Assembly (NCBI RefSeq): GCF_036365525.1
Contig: NC_090389.1
Coordinates: 84,594,179 to 84,658,178, forward strand
Reading direction: 5' to 3'
Origin: Heterodontus francisci
Lineage: Eukaryota
DNA length: 64,000 bases
The notes beneath the pieces are model-generated. The model was not told the DNA's origin and made no database searches. It saw nothing but the letters and a program-made list of their open reading frames with translations. This document shows, one piece after another, positions 24,680 to 37,893 of this stretch. The position numbers and the translations under genes are program-made. Numbering within the stretch: position 1 is the stretch's first letter; each line of letters starts with the position of its first letter.

Positions 24680-24972
24680 AGAAAGACTTGCATTTATATA
24701 GCACCTTTCACAACCTCAGGATGTCCCAAAGTGCTTTACAGCCAATGAAGCGTAGTAACTGTTGTAATGCAGGAAATGTGGCAACCAATTGCAACAGCAA
24801 ACTCCCACAAAGAGCAATGTGATAATCTGTTTTAGGTGATTTTGGCTGAGGGATAAATATTGGCCAGAAATCTAGGGAGAACTCCCTTGCTCTTCTTCGA
24901 AATAGTGTCAGGGGCCTTTTAACGTCCATCTGAGAGGGAAGACAGGGCCTCAATTTAACGTCTTATCAGAAG
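24680..24972 (-). mobile_element. Deu-domain SINE, head missing
   Basis: AAAGACTTGCATTTATATAGCACC tail and Deu core. Confidence 0.8.
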
Positions 24973-25264
24973 GATATGGTATGTTTAGAATACACAAGCT
25001 CCCAACCAAACCAAACTCAACCCATTCTTGCCAGAACGGGAATAGTGATCTGTGCAACACCTATAATTTTCAAAGCTACTAAGCAAATGGATGTTAATGC
25101 CATATTCACACTATTAGGGACCAATGGCTGGGAATGAAGCTTGGGGTCCTCCTGATCTGCATAGCTTGATACCATGCCATGTATTACAAACTGAGCCCAC
25201 TGGGGGAGCCTGATCTCTCCAGAAGCAACTTCATCTGACCTCAACCAGCCTTTGAGGGTTCGTT

Positions 25265-25705
25265 AAATTCATTCTCAGGCTGTGGGCGTCACTGGCAAGT
25301 TCGGCATTTATTGCCCATCAACAGTTGCTCAAAAAGTTGAGCTGCCATCCTTAAACCACTGCAGACCATGTGGTGTAGGAACACCCACAGTGCTGTTAGG
25401 GAGGGAGTTCCAGAAGTTTGACCCAACGACAGTGAAGGAACGGCGATATAGTTCCAAGTCAGGATGGTGTGTGACTTGGAGGGGAACTTGCGGGTGGTGG
25501 TGTTCCCATGCATCTGCTGCCTTTGTCCTTCTAGGTGGTAGAGATCAGGGGTTTGGAAGGTGCTGTCGAAGGAGCCTTGTTGAGTTGCTGCAGTGCATCT
25601 TGTAGATGGTACACACTGCTGCCACAGTGCGCTGGTAGTGGAGGGAGTGAATGTTGAAGGCGATGGATGGGGTGCTGATCAAGCGGGCTGCTTTGTCCTG
25701 AATGT
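25265..25705 (-). mobile_element. 3' fragment of the LINE family seen at 11850-12975
   Basis: Highly similar sequence; KFPSKSHTILTWN peptide. Confidence 0.85.
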
Positions 25706-26639
25706 GTGCTCCTTGTAGTTCAAAGTGCGATCCAATGTCACATCATGATAGACTGGGTTAAAACAATAATCCCAATCTGTTCCCATATCACTCAATGTAT
25801 ATTGCCCATTTAGCTTCCTTGTACACAGCATGGAGTGCAGAGACCTGACTCACTGCTACATTGGCCCTCAAATGATTGGAGATAGAGTATTGCATTACCC
25901 GCTCGCATAACATGATCATGTCCTGAAGTTAGGCTTGAACCTAGGGACCTCTGACCCACACCAGCCCAGGGTGACACATGTTCCCTTGTAAGTAACAGTT
26001 TGAGTCAACATACACATGAGCACTCACCAAAGCAAACATTTTCTCCATCATTATTTTCAGGCAGGGAATCGCAGGTTATATTTCAAATGCTGCCTCGCGT
26101 CATTTGTAGATAATCCCAGCAGGTCACCCCACAAAAACCACAGTTTATTCAGCTGGAACAGAATGTAGTTTTCATCCCATCCCAGAGGCTCATCAATTTA
26201 AGCTCACTGGTGATGTGCTGGCATTATATCAGGGAGTCAGTCGAACAGCAAGTGTTTAGTTCAATTCTCTCAGAGCAGGAAGGGGGATGAAAATTCCATT
26301 TAGAAGTCTTTCTGCTCCTGCAGACACCCCCATCCCTCTAACTTTTTCTGAATACATTCGAAGTCACAGCAAAACGCATCGGACTGAATTGGGCAATAAA
26401 ACGGAAGACAAAATTTACCTCAAAAAGGAAGAGAATTACGTTTAAAAACACTGCATCCCAGTGTAAACTTCCACGGTGTCAGCAGTGGCTCAGTGGCAAT
26501 ACTCCCTCATCTGAGTCAGGAGATCATGGCTTCAAGTCCCACTCCAAAGTTTTGAGCTCACAATCCAGGCCGACACTCCAAGTGCAGTACTGAGGGAGTG
26601 CTGCACTTTTGGAGGTGCCGTCTTTCAAATGTGACGTTT

Positions 26640-26997
26640 GGGGCGGCACAGTGGCGCAGTGGTTAGCACCGCAGCCTCACAGCTCCAGCGACCCGGGTTC
26701 AATTCTGGGTACTGCCTGTGTGGACTTTGCAAGTTCTCCCTGTGTCTGCGTGGGTTTTCTCCGGGTGCTCCGGTTTCCTCCCACATGCCAAAAGACTTGC
26801 AGGTTGGTAGGTAAATTGGCCATTATAAATTGCCCCTAGTATAGGTAGGTGGTAGGGAAATATAGGGACAGGTGGGGATGTGGTAGGAATATGGGATTAG
26901 TGTAGGATTAGTATAAATGGGTGGTTGATGGTCGGCACAGACTCGGTGGGCCGAAGGGCCTGTTTCAGTGCTGTATCTCTAAACTAAACTAAACTAA
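26640..26997 (+). mobile_element. Full-length HE1-type V-SINE with (TAAAC)n tail
   Basis: GGGCGGCACAGTGGCGCAGTGG head, B-box-like GGTTCAATTC, V-domain; nearly identical to 61630-61973. Confidence 0.95.
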
Positions 26998-27392
26998 ATT
27001 AAACCGAGGCACTGTCAACTCTCTCCAGTGGACAAGATCCCACAGTGCTATCCAAAGAAGAGCAGGGGTGTTCTCCCTGGTGTGCTGGCCAATATTCATC
27101 CCTCAACCAACATTATTAAAAACAGGTTATCTGGTCATTATTACATTGCTGTTTGTGGGATCTTACTGGGCTGAATTTAATGAGCCCGCCTTCGGTAAAT
27201 GGCACCATTCGCATCCATCATGTGGGTGTCTGCTGCACCATGATTATACAGCAGGCACCCATTTTACATATTGGAGGTGTGGCTTCCCCCAGCAGTCACC
27301 TGACGGGACGGGATCTGATTAATTGATTATGGCTTCTTATGACTCCGAAGCAGGTGCTGCCTCCATATTTAAAGGCCTGCCAGCCCTGTAAT

Positions 27393-28936
27393 CACTCTTC
27401 TTCTCTTCTTTGGCCTCCTTATCTCGAGAGACAATGGGTAAGCGCCTGGAGGTGGTCAGTGGTGTGTGGAGCAGCGCCTGGAGTGGCTATTAAGGCCAAT
27501 TCTAGAGTGACAGGCTCTTCCACAGGTGCTGCAGAGAAATTTGTTTGTCGGGGCTGTTACATAGTTGGCTCTCTCCTTGTGCTTCTGTCTTTTTTCCTGC
27601 CAACCACTAAGTCTCTTTGACTCGCCACACTTTAGCCCCGTCTTTATGGCTGCCCGCCAGCTCTGGCAAACGCTGGCAACTGACTCTCCCGACTTGTGAT
27701 CAATGTCACAGGATTTCATGTCGCGTTTGCAGACGTCTTTATAGCGGAGACGTGGACGGCCGGTGGGTCTGATACCAGTGGCGAGCTCGCTGTACAATGT
27801 GTCTTTGGGGATCCTGCCATCTTCCATGCGGCTCACATGGCCAAGCCATCTCAAGTGCCGCTGACTCAGTAGTGTGTATAAGCTGGGGATGTTGGCCGCC
27901 TCGAGGACTTCTGTGTTGGAGATACGGTCCTGCCACCTGATGCCAAGGATTCTCTGGAGGCAGTGAAGATGGAATGAATTGAGACGTCGCTCTTGGCTGA
28001 CATACGTTGTCCAGGCCTCGCTGCCGTAGAGCAAGGTACTGAAGACACAGGCCTGATACACTCGGACTTTTGTGTTCCATGTCAGTGTGCCATTTTCCCA
28101 CACTCTCTTGGCCAGTCTGGACATAGCAGTGGAAGCCTTTCCCATGCGCTTGTTGATTTCTGCATCTAGAGACAGGTTACTGGTGATAGTTGAGCCTAGG
28201 TAGGTGAACTCTTGAACCACTTCCAGAGCATGGTCGCCAATATTGATGGATAGAGCATTTCTGACGTCCTGCCCCATGATGCTCGTTTTCTTGAGGCTGA
28301 TGGTTAGGCCAAATTCATTGCCGGCAGCCGCAAACCTGACGATGAGTCTCTGCAGGCACTCTTCAGTGTGAGATGTTAAAGCAGCATCGTCAGCAAAGAG
28401 GAGTTCCCTGATGAGGACTTTCCGTACTTTGGACTTCGCTCTTAGATGGGCAAGGTTGAACAACCTGTCACCTGATCTTGTGTGGAGGAAAATTCCTTCT
28501 TCAGAGGACTTGAACGCATGTGAAAGCAGCAGGGAGAAGAAAATCCCAAACAGTGTGGGTGCGAGAACACAGCCCTGTTTACGCCACTCAGGATGGGAAA
28601 GGGCTCTGATGAGGAGCAACCATGTTGAATTGTGCCTTTCATATTGTCATGGAATGAGGTGATGATACTTAGTAGCTTTGTTGGACATCCAATCTTATCT
28701 AGTAGTCTGAAGAGACCACGTCTGCTGACGAGGTCAAAGGCTTTGGTGAGATCAATGAAAGCAATGTAGAGGGGCATCTGTTGTTCACGGCATTTCTCCT
28801 GTATCTGACGAAGGGAGAACAGCATGTCAATGGTCGATCTCTCTGCACGAAAGCCACACTGTGCCTCAGGGTAGACGCTCTCGGCCAGCTTCTGGAGCCT
28901 GTTTAGAGCGACTCGAGCAAAGACTTTCCCCACTAC
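27393..28936 (-). mobile_element. 5'-truncated RTE-clade LINE (RT and C-terminus)
   Basis: ORFs 28442-28933 and 27456-28619: QCGFR, FIDLTKAFD, KQGCVLAP, LFADD, FTYLGS, WLGHVSRM, terminal CxxC..HxxxC; GAA-type tail; one evident frameshift. Confidence 0.96.
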
Positions 28937-29030
28937 TGTCCTGGAAATGGTGCAGCATACAACTCTGTCCTATTGTGTCTTCCCCCCACGCCCCAAACCC
29001 TCCCCTATGCCCCAAGAAAGGCAGAAGACG

Positions 29031-30784
29031 ATGGCAGAACAAAGACACAGGGTGCCCCAATGGTTCAGTGATGCCTTCCTGTGAATGCCCCTCCAGGCTG
29101 CAAGGGAAAGGCAAGAGGTTTTCTTCCCCTGCAACGGCAAGAGGTCCTCCCGCCTGATCAAGCAAGCCTGAGTGGAGATCACAGACGAGGTCACCAGCAC
29201 TACTGGATCCAGTGTAGGAACAGGGTCGAGCGTCCAGTGTCTAGCCAAGGGGAGTGCTCCATACCAGTCACCTCCTTGAGGCTTTGCATGTGACCAAGCG
29301 GGAGGTTGCATGTCATGGGGAGGGTGGCAGCGATGGAGCATGACCTGAGTGCTGAGGGGTCTGTCTCTTCCTGCAAGATGCATGGATGTCTTTTGGCCAC
29401 AGGCCACCTTTCTTCATAGCTCACCCCCCCCCCCCCCCCTTAACTCCCATGACAGCGAGGCAGCATGAGAGACATTCAGATTCCCCAGTAGGGGATAAGA
29501 GGCTGAAATGATCTGAACTGTCATGTTGATCTGTGTGCCATTCTCAACCCTTTCCAGCCTTCCTCTTGCAGGATAAGAGGGCCCATAATAGGAGGGAGAT
29601 GTCCCAGACAGGCAGAGGAATCCCAGGTGTGCATTCACTCACCTCAACTGAGGAAGAGGCCTTGGAGCTGGCGGCCACCCAGAGCGGCTGATCAGTAAGT
29701 GATGAGGAGATTGGAGTCCCTGTGCAAGAGAGTGAGGATTGTCTCCCATTGGCATGTGCATCAATGCTGGAGACTCACATAACACTTAGTAGGCATCAGG
29801 AGAACTGCACAGCCTAAGCCTCATATGTTTGTGTTCCCTCATGCAAGTAGCCATTCACAGGGGCCCGCAACCATTGAGGGACAGACATCCACCTCTTAAG
29901 AGGAAGAAGACTGAGGGGCTCACTGTCCTATGACTTGCACCCATCACCAGCGCAGATACTTCCGCCTCGGTGGGTACACGCTCGCCTTTAGAATCTGGGT
30001 CGCAAGCTGGTGAGAGCACCACACAAGCGCCTGAGCATCTGTCAGAGGCTGAGACAGCATAGGCCTCTGAAAAGTGGGGGACTATGGCTGGCCAGGCCCA
30101 TGCGGAGCCCCAGGATGATGACGAGCCTCTGGTGTCGACAGCACAGCGCATGCTGGAGATGCAAAGAGGGATAGGGCGAAATTTGACGGAGATGCCAGAG
30201 GCCATGCGCAGCCTTGAGCAGATGATGGAGGAATCCATCCATGCCATGACAGCTGCCATGTCTCAGGCGTGTGAGCCCATGGCTTCCTCCATTAAGAGGT
30301 GGTGACCCTCATGGAGAGCCAGATCCCGCAGATGCGCGCAGCCCTGCTGACCATCGCCTTGGCCATGAGCTCAACGCAGCAATGGCAAGGTGAGAGAAGG
30401 AACAGGAGCCCAGATGATTCTGCTGCTCTTGGTCCTTCCCTGGTGAGCAGGGAGGCTCCAGAGAGCCTTCAAAGGGAGGAGGAGATGCTGCCCTCCACAT
30501 CTGGGGGTTTCCCTTAGGGCGCTCCGAGTGTGGCACCCGGCTCCTCTGCCCCTTTGCCAGTGAGCCCAGCTCCAGCAGCCGCGACACCTCAGGAGAGTCA
30601 TGCACACATGCAGGACACTCCCAGGCAGCCGGGGCCCTCCAGGCCTCAGGCAGCCAGAGGACACCTGCCAAAGTCATCACAGGCCAAGGGGCAGCCTGGT
30701 CAGCAGCCTGCCTCCAGCCCAGCTACTGTTGCAGGGATCACATCACGTAGGAGCACCCACAAACAGATTAAAAAGAGCACATAG
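29031..30784 (+). pseudogene. Harbinger Myb/SANT-like DNA-binding protein gene remnant, intron-containing
   Basis: MAEQRHRVPQWFSDAFL then (frameshifted) ARERQEVFFP..KQA*VEITDEV; after the acceptor at 29571 DKRAHNRREMSQTGRG..LTSTEEEALEL; Pro/Ser-rich C-terminal ORFs. Confidence 0.75.
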
Positions 30785-33239
30785 CAACACTTTGGGTTTC
30801 CCAGATGTAGATTATATCTTTTGTGTTAAATAATTAAAAGATGCTTTGTTGAACTCTTTAGGCTTCATTGTTTGAAAGCCATTCATCATTATTCTTTAAT
30901 TGTGAGATGCATCACCCTTCCACCTTAGGGCTATACCAATGTGAACACAGTCCATTAACAGGTCAATATGATGACAGCCTTCATTAACAAATGCTCTCCC
31001 ATCCGCACGCAAGACAGGGACCAATAAATGGAAAGGACATGACAGAGCTCAGGTGAGACTTTCGTTCACTCTCTGTGAATGGACACCAGGATGGCTGCAA
31101 ATTATTCGTTGTAAGGTTCTCTGTTGCCTCCTTTGCACATTCCTCTACACATTTGGCCTCCTGCTTTGGTACATGAGGATGTGTGAATGTCGGCATAGTC
31201 GCTCCTGGACTTCAGATCCCTGTCTAAATGAAGACCCAACCCCTGTTCAAACTGTGTGATCACACAGACCCATCACACAGCTATTTGACTACCCCATACC
31301 GACCCCCCACAACCACCTCCCCAAATGCAGATTTCACCTTTTTACACAGCCCCCGCTATCTCAGACCCCTTTTCAGAGCCCCTCCAGCAATATGCCCCCA
31401 CAATGGCCTCCAAACCCACCCTCCCCCCCCCCAACCCTTCCCCTAGGTTGTAGTGCTCAAGGCTGCCTAACCATCACTTCAATACGTCCTCTCGCCTTTG
31501 TGCTGCCAAGTTTCACTGGTCGTGAAACCGGAGGCACATCAATGTGGCCTGCCGTGCACAGAATCGGCCTTCGGACATGAAATCACTTTTAATGATATTA
31601 AAATGCATTTACATCAGCATCTCAGCAATTTACAATTGGTTCCCGTCACATTGTGGTGAAAGTGCCACTATTGTGCTTTCCTGCCACCGACAAAATTCAG
31701 CACAGACGTCATGACGCCGGATTTCCGGGCGGGCGGCTGCGTTGCGATTCTGCAGCCCGCCAGCAATCCCGTCCTCGGCGGCCACACTAAATCCACCCTG
31801 CTGTGTGCAAATTGGCTGCTGTGTTTCCTACGTGACTACACTTCAAAAGTACTTCATTGGCTCTAAAGCACTTCGGGAACCTCCTAAGGTCATGAACGGT
31901 TCTATAGAAATGCAAATCTTTATTTATTTATCTTTCTTTCCAGCATAAATTATGACAAAGTACAAAAAATGAAAATCCGACGAATAACATTGTGGGCGGA
32001 CTAGCAGAATAAGAATGGAATTTTTTTTTTAATATGGAGAAAAAGGTTAGGAAACAATGTGCTGCAACTAATATTTTAATCCCAGGTGCATGCAGTCCTG
32101 ATTAGTGAGCCATAAGTGTGGAATGTTGGGCTGGAGCAGTCAATTCCTGTCTGAACGATGCTTTGTGTTAAAGTGGTGATTCGTTCCTGACAGTGTGTCA
32201 ATAGAAAGCAATTTATGGCTGCATACCGAAAAAAATCGACCCTAGGTAAAAGGCAATTTCTCCACTTGGCTGGAGAGATGGAAATAGGCTGGGGATGCTG
32301 TGGACCATCATTAGATATCATTGCCTTCTCTATGCAATCCTGTCGACATCATCTATTTACAGAAAGGATACAATATTTGATTCTTTTCGTTTTAAAAAGG
32401 GTGCTATCCATCTCACTTTCCTCTAGCTACGCTGAGCATCACTGACTGTATCCTGGCTAACTTCGTGGCCATCCTTCCACTGTTATCACAGCAGCTAGGA
32501 AGCGCTTCTTGTTTTTTTTTTTTAGGCTGGCTCATTTTTATGCCCGATTCCGCAGACTCAATTTTAATCTCCACAGCACCTCTGCAAGACCGGCTCCCAG
32601 AATGATTCCTCCTTTTACAAAATCTGCAGAGTGCAAGTTCCCAAATTGAGCTCCATGGGTCTGACTCAGGGAGTAAGCTGGATTTGCCGATTCACAGGCA
32701 AATAATAAATGAGCAAAGTTTTGTTGAAAGTTTAGAATCAAGTGCTAGGGTGGAGTGAGGTGGGAGTGGGGGAAGGAGGGAAAAGTAAGAGTAAAAATAC
32801 TAGAATGGAATGCGCTACTTCAACATCGGTACAGAAGGAGGTCACTTAGTCCCTCAAGCCTGTTCCATCATTCAGTGAGAACCTGGCTGATCTGTGACCT
32901 AACTCCATATACCTGGCTTTGCCCCATATTCCTTAATAAATGTGGTAAACAAAAATATATTATTCTCAAAGTTAAAACATCAACTACCATTTGTGGAAGA
33001 GAGTTCCAAACTTCAGCCACACTTTTCTTTTAGAAGTGTTTCCTCACTTCACTGCTGAAAGATCTGGCTCCAATATTTAGGCAATTTGCCGCTAGTCCTA
33101 GGGTCCCCAATCAGCAGAAATAGTTTCGCTCTATTTCAGAAGGGTGGTGGAAGCAGATTCAATAGTAATTTGCTGTAGGATTGTCCTAAAAACCCATCTT
33201 CCTCAAGAATGTTCTTTAAAAGAGGAAATCTGTTGCCCT

Positions 33240-33904
33240 AATAATAATAAAAACAAAATACTGCGGATGCTGGAAATCTGAAATAAAAACAAGAAATGCT
33301 GGAACTACTCAGCAGGTCTGGCAGCATCTGTGGAGAGAGAAGCAGAGTTAATGTTTCAGGTCAGTGACCCTTCTTCAGAACTGGCAAATATTAGAAATGT
33401 GAAAGGTTTTAAGCAAGTAAAGCGGGGGTGGGGCAAGAGATAACAAAGGAGAAAGTGTAAATAGGACAAGGTCACAGAATAGCTGACCAGAAGGTCGTGG
33501 AGTAAAGGCAAACAATATGTTAATGGTATGTTGAAAGACAAAGCATTAGTACAGATAGGGTGTTAATGGACTGAAAATTGAACAGCTGCAAGTACAAACA
33601 TGATAAAAAAAGTGGGTAAGCAAACTGAACAAACTAAGATAAAATAAAATAAACACAAAAAATATATAAAAAAGAAAAAAATAACTAAAAATAAAAGTAT
33701 TGAACTCAATGTTCAGTCCGGCAGGCTGTAGTGTGCCTAATCGGTAAATGTGATGCTGTTCCTCGAGCTTGCATTGATGTTCACTGGAACACTGCAGCAA
33801 TCCCAGGACAGAGATGCGAACATGAGAGTGGGGGGGGGTGTGTTGAAATGGCAAGCAACCGGAAGCTCGGGGTCACGCTTTCGGACTGAGCGGAGGTGTT
33901 CTGC
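33240..33904 (-). mobile_element. Penelope-like element 3' fragment (GIY-YIG C-terminus plus pseudo-LTR)
   Basis: ISVLGLLQCSSEHQCKLEEQHHIYRLGTLQPAGLNIEF; perfect 14-bp TSD AAATCTGTTGCCCT at 33226-33239 and 33905-33918. Confidence 0.9.
33346..33382 (-). ncRNA. Minimal type I hammerhead ribozyme motif, probably decayed
   Basis: AGTT-CTGAAGA-AGGGTCACTGACCT-GAAAC-ATT-AACT: CUGANGA and GAAA cores, hairpin stem II, AGTT/AACT stem I. Confidence 0.6.
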
Positions 33905-35039
33905 AAATCTGTTGCCCTGTTACTTTGGTCCTACACCAAGGTGATCTCACTGAACTGGTCTACCAAGACAAAAATAAGTCTCGCCAAATTCTCAAGGGCA
34001 ACTAGCGATGAGCAATAAATGTCGACCTTGCCAGCAATATCTATATCCCAAGAGTGAATAATAAAAATAAAATCTTTTGCGAACATAAATATCTCCTGCA
34101 CCTCGTTAAAAAAGAGTTCAATCAAAAATCTTTTCCTTCTGCATCAATAAAGGAGGCATTAGGTGCAGGGCACAGAGAGTACAATCTGGCACCTCGACTG
34201 TTTTCACCCTGACGCAGAAACACTTCATACATCAGGAACATCTTTCTCGCAAGTCAGAACCAGCATCGGCATCGCAGTGTCACCAAGGCGAGATGTCCCG
34301 TAGAAGGTGTTGTGCTTTCAAAGGTTGCAGACACGTGCACGGTCCAAATCCATCAGTCATCATTATCGTTGCGTGAATCATCATTGGTGGGACTCTAAAA
34401 TCGCTGTCATCAGCTGACAGAACCAACTGCAACAGGGCTTGCAACATAGAAGGAATGACTACAAGATAACTCCATTTGCTGTTAAATTGAGTGTTTCCAT
34501 TAGATAGAGGACCCTGCTCTGGAGACAGCATTCCAGTGAATATTCCAACCATTCTATTCCTCCCAAGTATTGCTCCCTTCCCACTTCTGGTGCACATTTT
34601 GTAATCTGACAGAACACCTACATTAAACATTATGCCTCAGTACTGTTGCTGCAAAAGGTAGATAAAGAAAACTATTTGTTGCAAAAAAAATTAGATCTCC
34701 CTAAGCTGTTTCGCAGAGTTGAAAATTTAAAAAAAAATAGGAAGTAAAAATCTTTGACACCAGCCCCATTACGTTCTTCTCCTGTGCCCCTTAAAACAAT
34801 GTTTAAGGCTCTTTACAACACAACAGCCTAAAAAACTTCTCCAACATTTTGTCCTTTGTACAAGCTCATTGAGGTGCAAAAACCTAGAACTGACACTTTG
34901 TGATATGATACATACTCAATGTATTTGGATCAAAATCCTGTTCCACTATTATAATGGAGCATCTGTTTAATACAGATGGGGGTTATGATAGCAGGTAAAG
35001 CAATTTCATGTGATTAAATCACAGGCTTTAGCATCCTAT

Positions 35040-35345
35040 AATGCTAATCCTGAAGGCCAAATCCCTCTGTGGCCTCGCCCCTCCCTATCTCTATAACCTC
35101 CCGCAGCCTTACAACCCTCACAGATCTCTACATTCCTCCAATTCTGGCCTCCTGCACATCCTCCAATTCCGGCCTCCTGCATATCCTCCAATTCCTTCAC
35201 CCCACCACTGGTAGCCGTGCCTTCAGCTACCTGGACCTTAAAGCTCTGCAATTCCCCCCCCTAAACCTCTCAACCACTCTACCTCTCCTCCTTTAAGATG
35301 CTCCTTCATGGGTACCTCTTTGACCAAGCTTTTGGTCACCTGTCC
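35040..35345 (+). mobile_element. L2 3' fragment with a short internal tandem duplication
   Basis: TTGSRAFSYLDLK peptide; TCCTCCAATTC repeated three times at ~35134-35195. Confidence 0.75.
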
Positions 35346-35540
35346 TTTAGAACTGCAAGTCTTTTCTTTTTCATGGTGCATCGAGGGTTAATTTTGACTT
35401 TAAAATTTGTTTCAGGACTTTAGCTGCTTTGTAAATCAATAATGTTCCAATCTTAGCGTCTCGTGTTAAAAATGGGAGTTTATCTACTTTTCTCCCACTT
35501 GCCCTTCAAGTAGTCTTAACAAGGAAAGGAAAAAGGCAAT

Positions 35541-36374
35541 GGCTGGAATTTTGTGCTGGCGTCAGGGGTCTCGATGTCGGGGGTAACCAATGCCGAGATC
35601 CCGCATCGGCTCTTGTATAGAAGGCCTGCCAAAATACCTACATACCCCACATGGACTGCAGCGGTTCAAGAAGGCATTTCGCCACCACCTTCTCGAGGGC
35701 AATTAGGGATGGGCCAAAAATACTGGCCTAGCCAGCAACGCACACATCCTGTGAACGAATTTTTAAAAAAAATTAGTGCCAATCAGGCACTTAACTGGAC
35801 AGCGGCAAGCCTTCCATAGGATTTAGGACCCTGCCATCGGAAGTCCTGGCCTTGCAGAGCTGCCGACCAATCAGAGGATGGCAGCTGCCGCGCCTCCGTG
35901 GAGATCTGCTGTAGCTGCAGCAACCAGACACTGAGGAGCAGCACTGGAATCCCGCTCAAGGTAGGTCAAGGCAGGACAAGTCTCACTGGGTGCGGGTCGC
36001 GGGGGCTGGTATGGTTGGTTGGCCTTCAGTGGGCCCCCGCCTTCCCAATGCCGTATTCTTTGTTCAGGCACTAAGTGCCTTTGAACAAGGGATTCCCCCA
36101 CAGCTGGGAAGCAGCCCACACAGTTTTTCGTGCCGTGATTCCCACGCCGTGACAGGTAATTGCAGCTGTGGCGGGAAGAGACCCTTAATTAGGGGTTAAT
36201 GACCCAGTTAACAGCCTCAATGGGCATCAGGGTGGGAAGGCCTGTGAATGGCCATCCCAGACTAATTTTCGGCGGAGGTGGGATGATGGCAGGTTCCCCC
36301 CGCCAGCATCCCACCCAATTTTATGCTCTCCCCACCTCCAAACCCACCATGGAGGAGAACATAAAATTCCACCC
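35541..36374. mobile_element. Harbinger-like MITE with a LINE 3' tail inserted at ~35635-35770
   Basis: Ends GGCTGGAATTTTGTG / CATAAAATTCCACCC; homologous to 2971-3726. Confidence 0.75.
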
Positions 36375-36619
36375 AAGGACTGTTTCGATCCCAAGTCCAG
36401 ACCTTTTTTGGAAAATTCATTCTCAGGATGTGGGCGTCAATGGCTAGGTTGGCATTTATTGTCCATCCCCAACTATCCCTGTAAAGGTGGTGATAGAACT
36501 GAATGGCTTACTAAGCCACTTCAAAAGGAAGTTGGTGTGGGACTGGAGTCACATATAGGCCAGACAAGGCAAGTATGGCATGTTTCCTTCCCTTAATATT
36601 CAAAACAGTCTTTATATCT

Positions 36620-37245
36620 GGATGACTAGAATACAAGGGGGGGGAAGTTATGCTTCTGCTGTACAAAGAAAGCTCTGATTAGATCACACCTGTAGCACTG
36701 TGAGCAGTTCTGGGCACCACACCTTAGGAAGAGCATATTGACCTTGGATGGAGTGCAGCCTAGATTTACTAGAATGATACCTGGACTCCAAGGGTTAAAT
36801 TACGAGGAGAGATTGTACAAACTAGGGTTGTATTCCCTGGAATTTAGACTGTTAGGGGGTGATCTGATCAAAGTTTTCAAGATATTACGGGGAACTGATA
36901 GGGTAGATAGAGAGAAACTATTTCCACTGGGCGGGCAGTCTAGGACTAGGGGGAATAGTCTAAAAGTTAGAGCCAGACCTTTCAGGAGTGAAATTAGGAA
37001 ATACTTCTACACACAAAGGGTAGTAGAAGTTTGGAACTCTCTTCCACAAAGAACAATTGATGCTAGATCAATTGTTAATTTTAAATCTGGGATTGATAGA
37101 TTTTTGTTAACCAAAGGTATTAAGGGATATGGGGACAAAGACAGATACGTGTAGTTAGGTTGCAGATCAGCAGGTCATTGAATGACAGAACAGGCTCAAG
37201 GGGCTGAGAGGCCTCTCTTCCTGCTCCTGTGTTCCTATGTTCCTA
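36620..37245 (+). mobile_element. CR1 3' fragment splitting an older tRNA-head SINE (~36410-36600 and ~37246-37430)
   Basis: 138-aa ORF VQPRFTRMIPGL..RVVEVWNSLP. Confidence 0.88.
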
Positions 37246-37519
37246 AAATGACATTAATGAACCACTTGGGCTTTTACAACAATCTGACAGTTCATGTCCA
37301 CTTTTACTGACACCAGCTCATTATTTCCAGATGTTTAAAAAAAAAACTGAATGCAAATTCTCAAACTGCCATGGTGGTGTTTTAACTTGCATCCTCTGGA
37401 TTATTGGCCCACCGTGCTCCACTATCATACCTAACTGAATGATGCAGTGCTCAAGCTGGACTTAAAGGCTTTTTCTAACTTACTTGTCCTTGTGATTTAC
37501 TGGTTCACCTTGGTGGGAT

Positions 37520-37893
37520 TATTTATTTATTTATTTAGAGATACAGCACTGAAACAGGCCCTTCAGCCCACCGAGTCTGTGCTGACCATCAACCACCCAT
37601 TTATACTAATCTTACATTAATCTCATTACCCTCTCACATCCCTACCTTCCCTCAATTCCCCTACCACCTACCCCAATTGGGGCAATTTACAATGGCCAAT
37701 TTACCTATCAACCTGCAAGTCTTTGGCTGTGGGAGGAAACCGGAGCACCCGGCGAAAACCCATGCAGACACAGGGAGAACTTGCAAACTCTGCACAGGCA
37801 GTACCCAGAATTGAACCCAGGTCGCTGGATCTGTGAGGCTGCGGTGCTAACCACTGCGCCACTGTGCTGCCCCAAACGCCACTGTGCCACCCC
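37520..37893 (-). mobile_element. HE1-type V-SINE
   Basis: Same head, core and tail; (TAAA)n tail; short duplication of the 5' end. Confidence 0.9.

Larger units (their letters stand above)
27168..31798. mobile_element. PIF/Harbinger DNA transposon carrying a decayed Myb/SANT gene; transposase not recognisable
   Basis: TIRs GGGCTGAATTTAATGAGCCCGCC (27168-27190) and the reverse complement of 31777-31798; TACT/TGCT flanks; host SINE resumes at 31799. Confidence 0.8.
26475..31935 (+). mobile_element. Deu-domain SINE split by an HE1 SINE and a Harbinger element
   Basis: Pieces ~26475-26639, 26998-27167 and 31799-31935 are collinear with the intact copy at 62803-63250. Confidence 0.85.

Noticed and set aside
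26640-26715. tRNA-like A/B boxes (also at other SINE heads)
   Set aside because: SINE heads continuing into V or Deu domains, not tRNA genes
32226-32340. Possible minus-strand exon DCIEKAMISND..PRVDFFR
   Set aside because: Weak acceptor, isolated, no recognisable homology
34350-34387. C/D box-like motif on the minus strand (ATGATGA x2, CTGA, CCA/TGG ends)
   Set aside because: Only 38 nt, stem register poor for a kink-turn, no recognisable guide; a snoscan/Infernal hit would be needed to reconsider
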